Assembly: GCA_040883225.1 (NCBI GenBank)
Contig: JBFLKP010000115.1
Location: 1-43,379 of the forward strand
Length of the DNA stretch: 43,379 bases
DNA from: Candidatus Limnocylindrales bacterium
Lineage (GTDB): Bacteria; Chloroflexota; Limnocylindria; Limnocylindrales; CSP1-4
Reading direction: 5' to 3'
The position numbers were made by a program, and so were the translations under genes. Shown here piece by piece: positions 25,806 to 34,733 of the stretch. The number at the start of each line of letters is the position of its first letter. Positions within the stretch are counted from its first letter, which is position 1. The notes beneath the pieces are model-generated. The model was not told the DNA's origin. It worked only from the letters and a program-made list of their open reading frames with translations, and ran no database searches.

Positions 25806-25956
25806 CCTGGACCAGTGTCGGACAGCGGCGGACCCGGGACGATGCACCGAAGGTCCCGGGCTGCGGATCGGTGTGGTGGCCGACGGTCCGGGGTGGTTCC
25901 CGCCCCGGACGGGCCATGCCGCGTTCCCACGGCCGCGCCCTACGCGCGGCGCAGGA

Positions 25957-26352
25957 CTAGCGCTTGGTGAACTGCGGGGCCTTGCGGGCTCGCTTGAGGC
26001 CGTACTTCTTGCGCTCCTTCATGCGCGGGTCGCGCGAGAGGAGGCCGGCCTGGCGCAGCGACACACGTGATTCGGGGTCCGACTGCAGGATGGCGCGAGC
26101 GATGCCGTGACGGATGGCGCCGGCCTGACCGTGGTGGCCTCCGCCGTGCACCTTGACCATGGCGTTGAACTTGCCTTCCGTCCCGGTCACCCGGAACGGC
26201 ATGAGGATGTCCTGGAGATCGACGGCATTGCCGAAGTGCTCCTCGAGGCTGCGGCCGTTGACCACGACCTCGCCCTCGCCCGTGAGCAGGCGTACGCGCG
26301 CGATGGCCGTCTTGCGACGGCCGGTGCCCTCGAAGAAGGTGACCTGGTTCAT
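25957..26352 (-). CDS. rpsI: 30S ribosomal protein S9
   Basis: [22 protein letters not shown] and [19 protein letters not shown]. Confidence 0.98.
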   Translation of the reverse strand: MNQVTFFEGTGRRKTAIARVRLLTGEGEVVVNGRSLEEHFGNAVDLQDILMPFRVTGTEGKFNAMVKVHGGGHHGQAGAIRHGIARAILQSDPESRVSLRQAGLLSRDPRMKERKKYGLKRARKAPQFTKR

Positions 26353-26796
26353 CTAGTTCGCGCCTCCAACGTCGACCGGGACCGGCTGCTGTGCCTCGTG
26401 CGGATGCTCCTTGCCGGCATAGACCTTGAGCTTGCGCATCTGCTGGGTGCCGAGACGGGTGTGCGGCACCATACCCTTGACCGCTCGGCGCACGACCTCC
26501 TCCGGGCGTCGCTCCAGCAGGTGGCTCAGCTTCTCCTCGCGGAAGCCGCCGGGATAGCCGCTGTGCCGGTAGTAGTGCTTGGACTCCAGCTTGTCGCCGG
26601 TGACCTTGATCTTCTCGGCGTTGATGACGATGACGTGGTCGCCGGTGTCGATGTGGGTCGAGTACGTGGGCTTGTGCTTGCCCGTCAGCAGTCGCGCCAC
26701 ACGCGTGGCGAGACGGCCGAGCGTCTGACCGTCGGCATCGACGACCAGCCACTGGCGCTCGATCTCACTTGCCTTTGGCGTGTAGGTCCTGCTCAT
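26353..26796 (-). CDS. rplM: 50S ribosomal protein L13
   Basis: LGRLA, GKHKP, DTGD, HSGYPGG and HPHEAQ. Confidence 0.98.
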   Translation of the reverse strand: MSRTYTPKASEIERQWLVVDADGQTLGRLATRVARLLTGKHKPTYSTHIDTGDHVIVINAEKIKVTGDKLESKHYYRHSGYPGGFREEKLSHLLERRPEEVVRRAVKGMVPHTRLGTQQMRKLKVYAGKEHPHEAQQPVPVDVGGAN

Positions 26797-27590
26797 GGCC
26801 CCTGTCGTGCTTCCTTGTCGTTTTCCTTGGTTCGTGATGGCCCGATGACAACCCGCCGCAGGCAGAGCCCGTGGGCGGGGACGACCGCGCCGTCGAAGGC
26901 CCGTCCGGTCGAGCGCAGCTCGCCTTCGAGGTCCCTCTTCGTGGCCCGACCCATGCCGATGCGGATGAGCGCGGCCACGATGCTGCGCACCATCTGTCGC
27001 AGGAAGGCGTCGCCGATCACGTCGATCGTGACCAGGTGGCCGAGCCTGCGGACCCGGAGCTCGTAGAGCGTCCGGACCGAGGTGTGCTGAACGCGCCCGA
27101 ACGATGCGAAGTCGTGCCGGCCGACCAGGACCTGGGCGGCGTGATGCATGGCTTCGACGTCGAGCGCTTCGTCGAGCTCGTAGTGGTAGCGGTTGCGCAG
27201 AGGCTTCCGCGGCCCCGTCCAGATGCTGTAGCGGTACTCCCTCCGCGTCGCGGCGCGACGCGGATCGAAGTCGAGCGCTACCCGCATCAGGGACCCGATC
27301 GCGACATCCGGGGGCAAGAGCGCCCCGATGGCCTGACCGAGCTCCGACGCGGTGATGCTGCCGTGCCAGGTGAAGGCGATCACCTGACCGGTGGCATGCA
27401 CCCCGGCATCCGTCCGACCGGCCGCTTTGATCCGGAACGCCGACGCACCCGACAGGTGCGCCAGCACGCGCTCCAGCTCTCCCTGGACGGTCCGACGTCC
27501 AGGCTGTGCCTGGAAGCCGGCGAACTCCGTGCCGTCGTATTCGACCCGTGCGCGGTACCGCACGGGGCCGCCCTCTCGGGCGTGCTTCAT
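26793..27590 (-). CDS. truA: tRNA pseudouridine(38-40) synthase
   Basis: YDGTEFAGFQ, AGRTDAGVHA, GRHDF and FLRQMVR. Confidence 0.96.
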   Translation of the reverse strand: MKHAREGGPVRYRARVEYDGTEFAGFQAQPGRRTVQGELERVLAHLSGASAFRIKAAGRTDAGVHATGQVIAFTWHGSITASELGQAIGALLPPDVAIGSLMRVALDFDPRRAATRREYRYSIWTGPRKPLRNRYHYELDEALDVEAMHHAAQVLVGRHDFASFGRVQHTSVRTLYELRVRRLGHLVTIDVIGDAFLRQMVRSIVAALIRIGMGRATKRDLEGELRSTGRAFDGAVVPAHGLCLRRVVIGPSRTKENDKEARQGP

Positions 27591-27637
27591 CTTGTCCGTC
27601 GTCCCCTGACGCGCCTGCGCCCGGCGATACGGCTTGC

Positions 27638-27991
27638 TTAGACCAGCTCGAGCTGGACCATGGGAGCGTTGTCGCCCGGCCGCGGGCCGAGCTTGACGAT
27701 CCTGGTGTAGCCCGAGTTGCGATCCCCGTAGCGGGGAGCGATCTCGTCGTAGAGCTTCTCGATCACGAGCGGCTCGTCCGGCAACTCCGAGACGATGCGG
27801 CGTCGCTCCGCGAGGGTGCCGCCCTTGGCCAGCGTGATGACACGCTCGACCATGCCGCGAACCTCCTTGGCCTTGGCCTCGGTGGTCTTGATCTGCTCAT
27901 ACCGCAGCACGGCCACGATGAGGTTGGCGTACATGGCCTGGCGCGGCGCCGTCTTGCGGCCGAACTTGCGGCCGTCGATGCGATGGGGCAT
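27638..27991 (-). CDS. rplQ: 50S ribosomal protein L17
   Basis: IKTTEAKAKE and GYTRIVK..RPGD. Confidence 0.98.
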   Translation of the reverse strand: MPHRIDGRKFGRKTAPRQAMYANLIVAVLRYEQIKTTEAKAKEVRGMVERVITLAKGGTLAERRRIVSELPDEPLVIEKLYDEIAPRYGDRNSGYTRIVKLGPRPGDNAPMVQLELV

Positions 27992-27994
27992 GCC

Positions 27995-29011
27995 TTACGC
28001 CTCCTCCTCGGGGAAGGGCTCTCCGGCCATCTCCATGTCCTCGAGACCGTCGGCCTCGAAGCCGTCGAGGGCTTCGTCCTCCGGCGGCAGGAAGCCGCGC
28101 ATGCGCAGGCGGTCCTTCATCTCGTCGAGGGACTTCTTGCCGAAGTTGCGCATCCGCAGCAGGTCCTCATCCTGCAGTTGCAGCAGCTGGCCGACCTTGA
28201 CGATGTTGTTGCGCTTCAGCGAGTTGTAGGCCCGCATCGGCAGGTCGAGGTCCTCGATGGGCATGTCCAGCACGTTGGGCGGCAGCGTCTCCTGCCCGCT
28301 CACAGCCTCGACCTCGCTGGTCAGCTGGCGGCCGGCGGTGGTGAACTGGCCGAACTGCTCGACGAGCATCTCCGCCGCGCGCGAGAGCGCTTCCTCCGGG
28401 GAGATGGTGCCGTCGGTCTCGATCTCGAGCGTCAGCTTGTCGTAGTTGGTGACCTGGCCCACGCGCGTGTTCTCGACGTGGTAGTCGACCTTGCGCACGG
28501 GCGTGAAGATGGCGTCGACGGGGATGACGCCGATGGGCAGGCCCTCCTTGGTGTCCTCCGCGGACAGGTAGCCGGTACCCCGCTCCACGGTCAGGTCCAT
28601 CTCGATGGTCGCATCCGGCTCCAGCGTCAGGATGTGCTGGTCGGGGTTGACGATCTCGACGTCCGCGGACTCGACGATGTCCGCCGCGGTGACCGGCCCG
28701 GCGCCGCTCTTGACGAGCTTGAGCTGGGTGGGATGGGGCACGTAGCTCTTGAGCCGCAGGCGCTTGAGGTTGAGGAGGATCTGGATGACATCCTCCTTGA
28801 CCCCGGCGATGGTGCTGAACTCGTGGCTGACGTCACGGATCTGCACGGACGTGACCGCCGCACCCTCCAGGGAGGAGAGCAGCACGCGGCGAAGGGCGTT
28901 GCCCAAGGTGACGCCGTAGCCAGCGCGAAGCGGGCTCGCCTCGTACTTGCCGTACGTCTCGGTCTCGAGCTCCTCGACGGACTCGATCTGGGCGTTCTCC
29001 AACTCGATCAT
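27995..29011 (-). CDS. rpoA: RNA polymerase alpha subunit
   Basis: GYGVTLGNALRRVLLSS, HEFS, DAIFTPV and alpha-CTD RAYNSLKR..NFGKKS. Confidence 0.98.
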   Translation of the reverse strand: MIELENAQIESVEELETETYGKYEASPLRAGYGVTLGNALRRVLLSSLEGAAVTSVQIRDVSHEFSTIAGVKEDVIQILLNLKRLRLKSYVPHPTQLKLVKSGAGPVTAADIVESADVEIVNPDQHILTLEPDATIEMDLTVERGTGYLSAEDTKEGLPIGVIPVDAIFTPVRKVDYHVENTRVGQVTNYDKLTLEIETDGTISPEEALSRAAEMLVEQFGQFTTAGRQLTSEVEAVSGQETLPPNVLDMPIEDLDLPMRAYNSLKRNNIVKVGQLLQLQDEDLLRMRNFGKKSLDEMKDRLRMRGFLPPEDEALDGFEADGLEDMEMAGEPFPEEEA

Positions 29012-29020
29012 GTGGTGGCG

Positions 29021-29644
29021 CTACCTCGAGTAGTACTCGACCACGAGCTGCTCGTTGAGCTCGAGCGGCATCTGGTCGCGGGTCGGGAGTGCGGTCACGG
29101 TGCCGGCAAGCTTGTCGGCGTCGACGCTGACCCATTCGGGCTTGGGGGCGCCACCCATGGCGTCCTTCAGCTGCTTGAAGTATTCGGACTTCTTGCTCTT
29201 GGCCCGGACCTCGATCCTGTCGCCCTCACGGACGCGGAACGAGGGCACGTTGGTGCGGACCCCGTTGACCTCGAAGTGGCCATGGCTCACCAGCTGGCGG
29301 GCCTGAGGGCGGCTGGACGCGTAGCCCATGCGGAACACCACGTTGTCCAGGCGGGTCTCGAGCAGGCGCAGCAGGTTCTCACCGGTCACGCCGGGCCGCG
29401 ACGCGGCCGTGTCGTAGTAGCGCTTGAAGGGGCGCTCATTGACGCCGTACACGCGGCGGACCTTCTGCTTCTCGCGCAGCTGGATGCCGTAGTTGGACAT
29501 CTTGCGGCGTCGGATGCCGTGCTGACCGGGCGGGCTGGGCCGACGCTCGAGCGGGCACTTCTTGGTGTAGCACTTGTTGCTCAGGTAGAGATGGACGCCT
29601 TCACGCCGGCAGAGACGGCCGACCGGTCCGCGATATCGAGACAT
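29021..29644 (-). CDS. rpsD: 30S ribosomal protein S4
   Basis: MSRYRGP, PPGQHG, QLREKQK, LETRLDN, ARQLVSHGH and VEYYSR. Confidence 0.98.
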   Translation of the reverse strand: MSRYRGPVGRLCRREGVHLYLSNKCYTKKCPLERRPSPPGQHGIRRRKMSNYGIQLREKQKVRRVYGVNERPFKRYYDTAASRPGVTGENLLRLLETRLDNVVFRMGYASSRPQARQLVSHGHFEVNGVRTNVPSFRVREGDRIEVRAKSKKSEYFKQLKDAMGGAPKPEWVSVDADKLAGTVTALPTRDQMPLELNEQLVVEYYSR

Positions 29645-29654
29645 GACGGCCCTC

Positions 29655-30050
29655 CTAGACGCGGCGCCGCTTGGGGGCGCGGCAGCCATTGTGCGGGAGC
29701 GGGGTCACGTCGGTGATGGCACTGACCTCGAGGCCGGCGGCCTGCAGCGAGCGGATGGCCTGCTCGCGGCCGGAGCCGGGACCCTTGACGAATACCTCGA
29801 TCTGACGCATGCCGTGCTCCATGGCGCGCTTGGCGGCGCCGTCGGCGGCGAGGGCGGCGGCGTACGGGGTGGACTTGCGGGAGCCCTTGAACCCGGCCGT
29901 GCCGGCGCTACCCCAAGCCACGACCGCACCACTGAGGTCCGTGATCGTGACGATCGTGTTGTTGAAGGACGCCTGGATATGGACGTGCCCCTGGGGCACG
30001 TTCTTCTTCTCCTTGCGCCTGGACTTCGTGGCGCGCTTTCGTTCCGCCAT
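29655..30050 (-). CDS. rpsK: 30S ribosomal protein S11
   Basis: [19 protein letters not shown] and [11 protein letters not shown]. Confidence 0.98.
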   Translation of the reverse strand: MAERKRATKSRRKEKKNVPQGHVHIQASFNNTIVTITDLSGAVVAWGSAGTAGFKGSRKSTPYAAALAADGAAKRAMEHGMRQIEVFVKGPGSGREQAIRSLQAAGLEVSAITDVTPLPHNGCRAPKRRRV

Positions 30051-30074
30051 CGATCGAGTGTCTCTCCTGCCTTT

Positions 30075-30115
30075 CGCCGCGCGACAGGCCAGCTGGTGGG
30101 CTGGGTCGCGTGGCG
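30075..30115 (-). other. Long GC-rich stem-loop in the rpsM-rpsK spacer
   Basis: mRNA CGCC-A-CGCGAC-CCAGC / loop CCACCA / GCTGG-(CCT)-GTCGCG-C-GGCG, just 5' of the rpsK SD. Confidence 0.55.
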
Positions 30116-30123
30116 GTCGTGGG

Positions 30124-30495
30124 TTACTTCTTGCGCCGGACGCCCACGGTCTTCTTGGGACCGCGTCGCTGGCGTGCGTTGGTCTTGGTGCGCTGGCCGC
30201 GGACCGGCAGGTTGCGCCGGTGTCGCAGGCCGCGGTACGAACCGATCTCGGTCAGCCGCTTGATGTTCATGGCCGTCTCGCGGCGAAGGTCACCCTCGAC
30301 GGTGTAGCGGCGATCGATGATGTCGCGCAGGCGGTTGACCTGCTCATCGGTGAGGTCACGGACGCGGGTGTCCGGGTTCACGTTGGCCTGTGCGAGGACC
30401 TTCTGGCTGGTGGACAGCCCGATCCCGTAGATGTAGGTCAGCGAGATCTCCACCCGCTTCTCGCGGGGGATATCGATGCCGGCGATACGTGCCAC
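30124..30495 (-). CDS. rpsM: 30S ribosomal protein S13
   Basis: ARIAG, IYGIG and [21 protein letters not shown]. Confidence 0.98.
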   Translation of the reverse strand: MARIAGIDIPREKRVEISLTYIYGIGLSTSQKVLAQANVNPDTRVRDLTDEQVNRLRDIIDRRYTVEGDLRRETAMNIKRLTEIGSYRGLRHRRNLPVRGQRTKTNARQRRGPKKTVGVRRKK

Positions 30496-30503
30496 CGTTC
30501 CTC

Positions 30504-30617
30504 CTAGCCCTGGCGCTGCTTGTGCTTGGGGTTGGAGCAGATGACCATCACCCGCCCCTTCCGCCGGATCACCTTGCAGCGATCACAGCGCCGCTTAACC
30601 GATGCAGAGACCTTCAC
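30504..30617 (-). CDS. rpmJ: 50S ribosomal protein L36 (Zn-ribbon form; not in the ORF track)
   Basis: Manual translation [37 protein letters not shown]. Confidence 0.97.
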   Translation of the reverse strand: MKVSASVKRRCDRCKVIRRKGRVMVICSNPKHKQRQG

Positions 30618-30634
30618 GTCGTTGTGTCCGTGTC

Positions 30635-30853
30635 CTACTTGAGTCGATACGTGATGCGGCCGCGGGAGAGGTCGTACGGTGACAACTCCACGCGAACGCG
30701 GTCGCCGGGGAGGATGCGGATGAAGTTCATGCGCAGCTTACCGCTGATGTGGGCCAGCACCTGATGCTTGTCCTCGAGCTCGATCCGGAACATGGTGTTC
30801 GGCAGCGGCTCGATGACCGTACCCTCGACCTCGATTGCATCTCGCTTTGCCAC
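30635..30853 (-). CDS. infA: Translation initiation factor IF-1
   Basis: IEVEG..LPN..F, HISGK and [20 protein letters not shown]. Confidence 0.98.
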   Translation of the reverse strand: MAKRDAIEVEGTVIEPLPNTMFRIELEDKHQVLAHISGKLRMNFIRILPGDRVRVELSPYDLSRGRITYRLK

Positions 30854-30965
30854 AGGCGACCGCTAGACCCCGACTACGTGTTGGAATGGATGGGCCCGAG
30901 GCTGGGACGGAGGCCGTCACCCGGGCGCCAGCAAGCGCCGGGACACTCCCGGCGCGCGAAGAGTG

Positions 30966-30995
30966 AGTGTATCAGATGGGCGCGAAGATCCGCAA
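30966..30995 (-). promoter_or_regulatory. sigma70-type promoter for the infA-rpmJ-alpha operon: -35 TTGCGG, 18-nt spacer, extended -10 TGaTACACT
   Basis: -35 at 30995-30990 and -10 at 30971-30966 in the map-infA spacer. Confidence 0.7.
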
Positions 30996-31013
30996 GCGCG
31001 GGTCGAGGCGAGC

Positions 31014-31838
31014 TCATGCGCTGGCCTCGGCCATCTCGGGCAGGCCCTCAACGACCTCGCCGGCGGCCAGCGTCAGGATGCGCGGACCGTCGGCGGTGAT
31101 GGCGATGGTGTGCTCCCAGTGGGCAGCCAGGCTGCCGTCGGCGGTGGCCACGGTCCAGCCGTCGGCCTTGACGCGGGTCTCGTGGGAGCCGATGGTGAAC
31201 ATGGGCTCGATGGCGACGCACAGGCCGGGTTCGATCACCCGTCCCCGGCGGCCGGTGCGGTAGTTGGTGACCTGCGGCTCCTCGTGCATCTCGTTGCCGA
31301 TGCCGTGGCCGACATAGCCGCGCACGATGCCGTAGCCGGCAGCCAGCCCGACGTCCTCGATGGCCGCGGCCACGTCCTCGAGCGTGGCCCCCGGAATCGC
31401 TGCGCGCACGCCCGCCAGCATGCCCGCGCGGGTGACCTCCGAGAGGGCCCGCTTCTCGTCGGGCACGTCGCCCAGGAGGAAGGTCCTGGCGGAGTCGCCG
31501 TTCCACCCGTCGACCTCGGCACCACAGTCGACGGAGACCATCATGCCCTCCTCGATGATCCGCTCGTCGGGCACTCCGTGGACGACCTCATCGTCGATGG
31601 AGATGCAGGTGGCGTGCTCGAAGGGCGTAAGGTGGCCGGGGACGCCGATGAAGTTGGGCGTCCCGCCACCGTCGCGGATGACCTCGTCGGCGATGGCGTT
31701 GAGCTGCAGCGGCGTCATGCCCGGGCGGATGGCCTCCGCCACCGCGTCGAGCGCGGCCGCGGTGAGTCGGCCGGCCACGGCCATCTTCTCGATCTGCGAC
31801 CGAGACTTGAGCACCACGCGTCGACGATCGAAGAGCAC
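31014..31838 (-). CDS. map: Methionine aminopeptidase type I
   Basis: CIS.D..VVHG, VDCG, GDSA, GHGIG..MHE, IEPM and HWEHT. Confidence 0.96.
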   Translation of the reverse strand: MLFDRRRVVLKSRSQIEKMAVAGRLTAAALDAVAEAIRPGMTPLQLNAIADEVIRDGGGTPNFIGVPGHLTPFEHATCISIDDEVVHGVPDERIIEEGMMVSVDCGAEVDGWNGDSARTFLLGDVPDEKRALSEVTRAGMLAGVRAAIPGATLEDVAAAIEDVGLAAGYGIVRGYVGHGIGNEMHEEPQVTNYRTGRRGRVIEPGLCVAIEPMFTIGSHETRVKADGWTVATADGSLAAHWEHTIAITADGPRILTLAAGEVVEGLPEMAEASA

Positions 31839-32548
31839 TAGGCCTGCGTCCTGCTGTTGATGACGCGGAGCAGCTCGGCGGTGACGTCCTCGGGCGGCTG
31901 GTCACCGGGCACGGAGAAGAGGACGTCGTTGCCCGCGTAGTAGTCGACGACCTCGAACATCGGCGGCAGCTGCTGGTCGAGCCGTCCCTGGACGGTCTCC
32001 TCGCTGTCGTCCTTCCGCTGGTACAGCTCGGCGCCGTCGATATCGCAGATGCCTGCCTGCTTGGGCGGCATGGCCACGACGTGGTAGACGTGCTGGTCAT
32101 CCTTGGTGCAGATGCGGCGGCCCGTGAGACGCGCCAGCAGCAGCTCGGTGGGGACCTCGATGTAGGGCACGGCCGAGACCGACGTGCCCACCCTCGCGAG
32201 CATGGAGTCGAGCGCCTCCGCCTGTGCGACCGTGCGCGGGAAGCCGTCGAGGATGACGCCGTTCGCGGCGTCCTTCCAGGTCAGCCGGTCGTCGACCATG
32301 GCGACCACGATGTCGTCGGGCACGAGGGCTCCCGAGTCCATGTACTCGCGCACCTTCTGCGCCAGCGGCGTGCTGCTCTTGCGCATGGCGCGGAAGAGCT
32401 CGCCGGTCGAGACGTGCGGCAGTCCGAGGGCCTCGGAGAGGCGCTCGGCCTGGGTGCCCTTGCCCGCCCCGGGAGCGCCCATCATCACGATGATGCGACG
32501 TGAACCACGCTTGCCGGCGGCCGGGCCGGCGACGGCTTCGGACCTCAC
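31838..32548 (-). CDS. adk: Adenylate kinase
   Basis: GAPGAGKGTQA, STG, LDGFPRT and LID domain QRKDD. Confidence 0.97.
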   Translation of the reverse strand: MRSEAVAGPAAGKRGSRRIIVMMGAPGAGKGTQAERLSEALGLPHVSTGELFRAMRKSSTPLAQKVREYMDSGALVPDDIVVAMVDDRLTWKDAANGVILDGFPRTVAQAEALDSMLARVGTSVSAVPYIEVPTELLLARLTGRRICTKDDQHVYHVVAMPPKQAGICDIDGAELYQRKDDSEETVQGRLDQQLPPMFEVVDYYAGNDVLFSVPGDQPPEDVTAELLRVINSRTQA

Positions 32549-33831
32549 TTGATGAAGCCCTCGTAGTTCCGCATCATCAGCTGGGCCTCGAGCTGCTTCA
32601 TGGTCTCGACCACGACCGACACCACGATGAGCAAAGCCGTGCCACCGAGGCTGAAGGAGCCCAGGACGCTATCTCGGAAGAACCAGCCCAGGATGATGGG
32701 GCTGACCGCGACGGTACCGAGGAAGATGGCGCCGGCGAGGCTGATGCGGAAGACCACCTTGGCCAGATAGTCCCGCGTCGGCGCACCCGGTCGGATGCCG
32801 GGGATGAAGCCGCCGTTCTTGCGCAGCTGGTCGGCCGTCTCGTCGGGCTTGAAGGTGAACGCCGTGTAGAAGTAGGTGAAGCCGACGACGAGGAAGAAGT
32901 ACACGATCGCGTAGATCGGGCTGCCCTCGCTGAGCCACTCGATGATGACGTTGGCGATGTCCTCGATGACGCCGCCCGACGCACTGAAGTAGCTGGCCAT
33001 CTGCACCGGGAAGAGCAGGATGGAGATAGCGAAGATGATGGGGATGACGCCGGCCTGGTTGACGCGCAGGGGCAGGAACGTGGCGCCGCCCTGGTACATG
33101 CGCCGGCCGCGGACGCGGCTGGCGTACTGGATGGGCACGCGGCGCTGGCCCTCCTGGACGTAGACGATGATGGACACCGCCGCGATGGCCAGGGCGCCGA
33201 AGGCGATCCCGGCAGCCAGGTCGGGCGAAGCCAGGAACGTGTTCACCGCTCCGGGCAGGCCGGCCACGATGCCGGCGAAGATGATGAAGCTGATGCCGTT
33301 GCCGATGCCGCGCTCGCTGATGAGCTCGCCGATCCACATGACGAGGATGGTGCCGGCGGTGAGCGTGATGATCTGCGTCAGCGTCGCCAGGCTCGTGATG
33401 TCGAAGTCCGGCACCGCCGGATTGGTGCCCGAGGACAGCAGCGCGAGATAGCCGTAGGACTGGAGCACCGCCAGCGGCACCGTGAGGTAGCGCGTGTAGG
33501 AGTTGATCTTGCTCCGGCCGTACTCACCCTCGCGGGAGAGCTGCTGGAGACGGGGCACGACGCCCGTCATCAGCTGCATGATGATCGACGCGTTGATGTA
33601 TGGATTCACGCCCAACGCGATGATGGAGAAGTTCTGCAGGCCACCTCCGGAGAAGAGGTTGAGCATCTGCAGGAAGCTGTTCTCGCCGATGATCCCCTCG
33701 AGAGCATCACGGTCGATGCCGGGGACGGGCACGTGCGCCAGCATCCGCACGATGATGAGCATCCCCAGGATGAAGAGGATGCGCTTGCGGATGTCCGGCG
33801 CACGGAACGCGTTGACGAGGGCTTCGAACAC
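32545..33831 (-). CDS. secY: Preprotein translocase subunit SecY
   Basis: HVPVPG, LGVNPYINASII, GIGNGIS, AGVIPIIFA, IPGIRPG and GGTALLI. Confidence 0.98.
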   Translation of the reverse strand: MFEALVNAFRAPDIRKRILFILGMLIIVRMLAHVPVPGIDRDALEGIIGENSFLQMLNLFSGGGLQNFSIIALGVNPYINASIIMQLMTGVVPRLQQLSREGEYGRSKINSYTRYLTVPLAVLQSYGYLALLSSGTNPAVPDFDITSLATLTQIITLTAGTILVMWIGELISERGIGNGISFIIFAGIVAGLPGAVNTFLASPDLAAGIAFGALAIAAVSIIVYVQEGQRRVPIQYASRVRGRRMYQGGATFLPLRVNQAGVIPIIFAISILLFPVQMASYFSASGGVIEDIANVIIEWLSEGSPIYAIVYFFLVVGFTYFYTAFTFKPDETADQLRKNGGFIPGIRPGAPTRDYLAKVVFRISLAGAIFLGTVAVSPIILGWFFRDSVLGSFSLGGTALLIVVSVVVETMKQLEAQLMMRNYEGFIK

Positions 33832-33834
33832 GGG

Positions 33835-34500
33835 TTACTCGGCTGCCGGCTCGTCGGAGTCGTCGGGCTGGGCCGGGGCCTCGGGGGCATCCTCCGCCTC
33901 GGCCTTGGGCTCGGGCGTCTCGTCGGCAGCGGGCGCGGGGCCAGCGTCGGCGGCGGGTGTCTGACCTTCGGAGGCGACCGCCTCGACGGGGTCCTCGGCC
34001 CCGGGCTCGGGCTCGGCGGCAGGCGGGTTCAGCAGCTCGGCAGAGCCGCCGGCCCCCTCGATCTTGGCCCTGGCCGTGGCGGTGAAGGCATCGGCCGTCA
34101 CGGCCACCCTGGCCTCGAGGTCGCCATCGCCCAGCACCTTGATGGGGCGGTCGGCGTGGGTCACGAGACCGGCCCCGGCGAGGATCTCCCCGTTGACCGT
34201 GATGGGACCCGCGCCGGCGTCGCCGAACCGGCCGGCTGCCGCGTACTCCGAGATGCGGCCGACGTTGACCACCTGGTAGTCGATGCGGTTGATGTTCTTG
34301 AAGCCGCGCAGCTTGGGTACGCGGACGTGGATGGGCGTCTGGCCGCCTTCGAACCAGCCGGGGATGCTGGCGCCGGAGCGGGACTTCTGGCCCTTGGTGC
34401 CGCGGCCGGCGGTCTTGCCGCGACCGGCCGCGACGCCGCGACCGACACGAATGCGCCGCTTCTGTGAGCCGGGCGCCGGCTTCAGGTCATGGAGCTTCAC
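33835..34500 (-). CDS. rplO: 50S ribosomal protein L15 with long acidic C-terminal tail
   Basis: RVGRG..GKTAGRGTKGQKSR, FEGGQ.P and KVLG.G. Confidence 0.97.
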   Translation of the reverse strand: MKLHDLKPAPGSQKRRIRVGRGVAAGRGKTAGRGTKGQKSRSGASIPGWFEGGQTPIHVRVPKLRGFKNINRIDYQVVNVGRISEYAAAGRFGDAGAGPITVNGEILAGAGLVTHADRPIKVLGDGDLEARVAVTADAFTATARAKIEGAGGSAELLNPPAAEPEPGAEDPVEAVASEGQTPAADAGPAPAADETPEPKAEAEDAPEAPAQPDDSDEPAAE

Positions 34501-34733
34501 GCCTCAGCCTCTTCCTTCTTCTTGCTCGTCGACTTCCTGGCCGGAGCCGCCGCGACCTCCTCGAAGTCGACGAGGTAGCGCACGGCGCGGATCTGGCCGC
34601 GAACGGCAGGATCGTCAGGCAGCTCGACGGTCTGGCCGATGCTCCGCAGGCCCAGCGCGCGCACGGTCCCTCGCGCCTTGGGGTTGGTGCCGACGGTCGA
34701 CCTCCGGAGCGTGATGCGGAGCTTACCGGCCAT
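34497..34733 (-). CDS. rpmD: 50S ribosomal protein L30
   Basis: [17 protein letters not shown] and RGQIRAV. Position between rpsE and rplO. Confidence 0.93.
   Translation of the reverse strand: MAGKLRITLRRSTVGTNPKARGTVRALGLRSIGQTVELPDDPAVRGQIRAVRYLVDFEEVAAAPARKSTSKKKEEAEA

Noticed and set aside
25806-25956. SRP (4.5S) RNA, ydaO c-di-AMP riboswitch or tRNA after rpsI
   Set aside because: A GGAA tetraloop is present but without the CAGG/AGCA internal loop. No ydaO core or T-arm GTTCRA was found. Kept only as an unassigned structured region.
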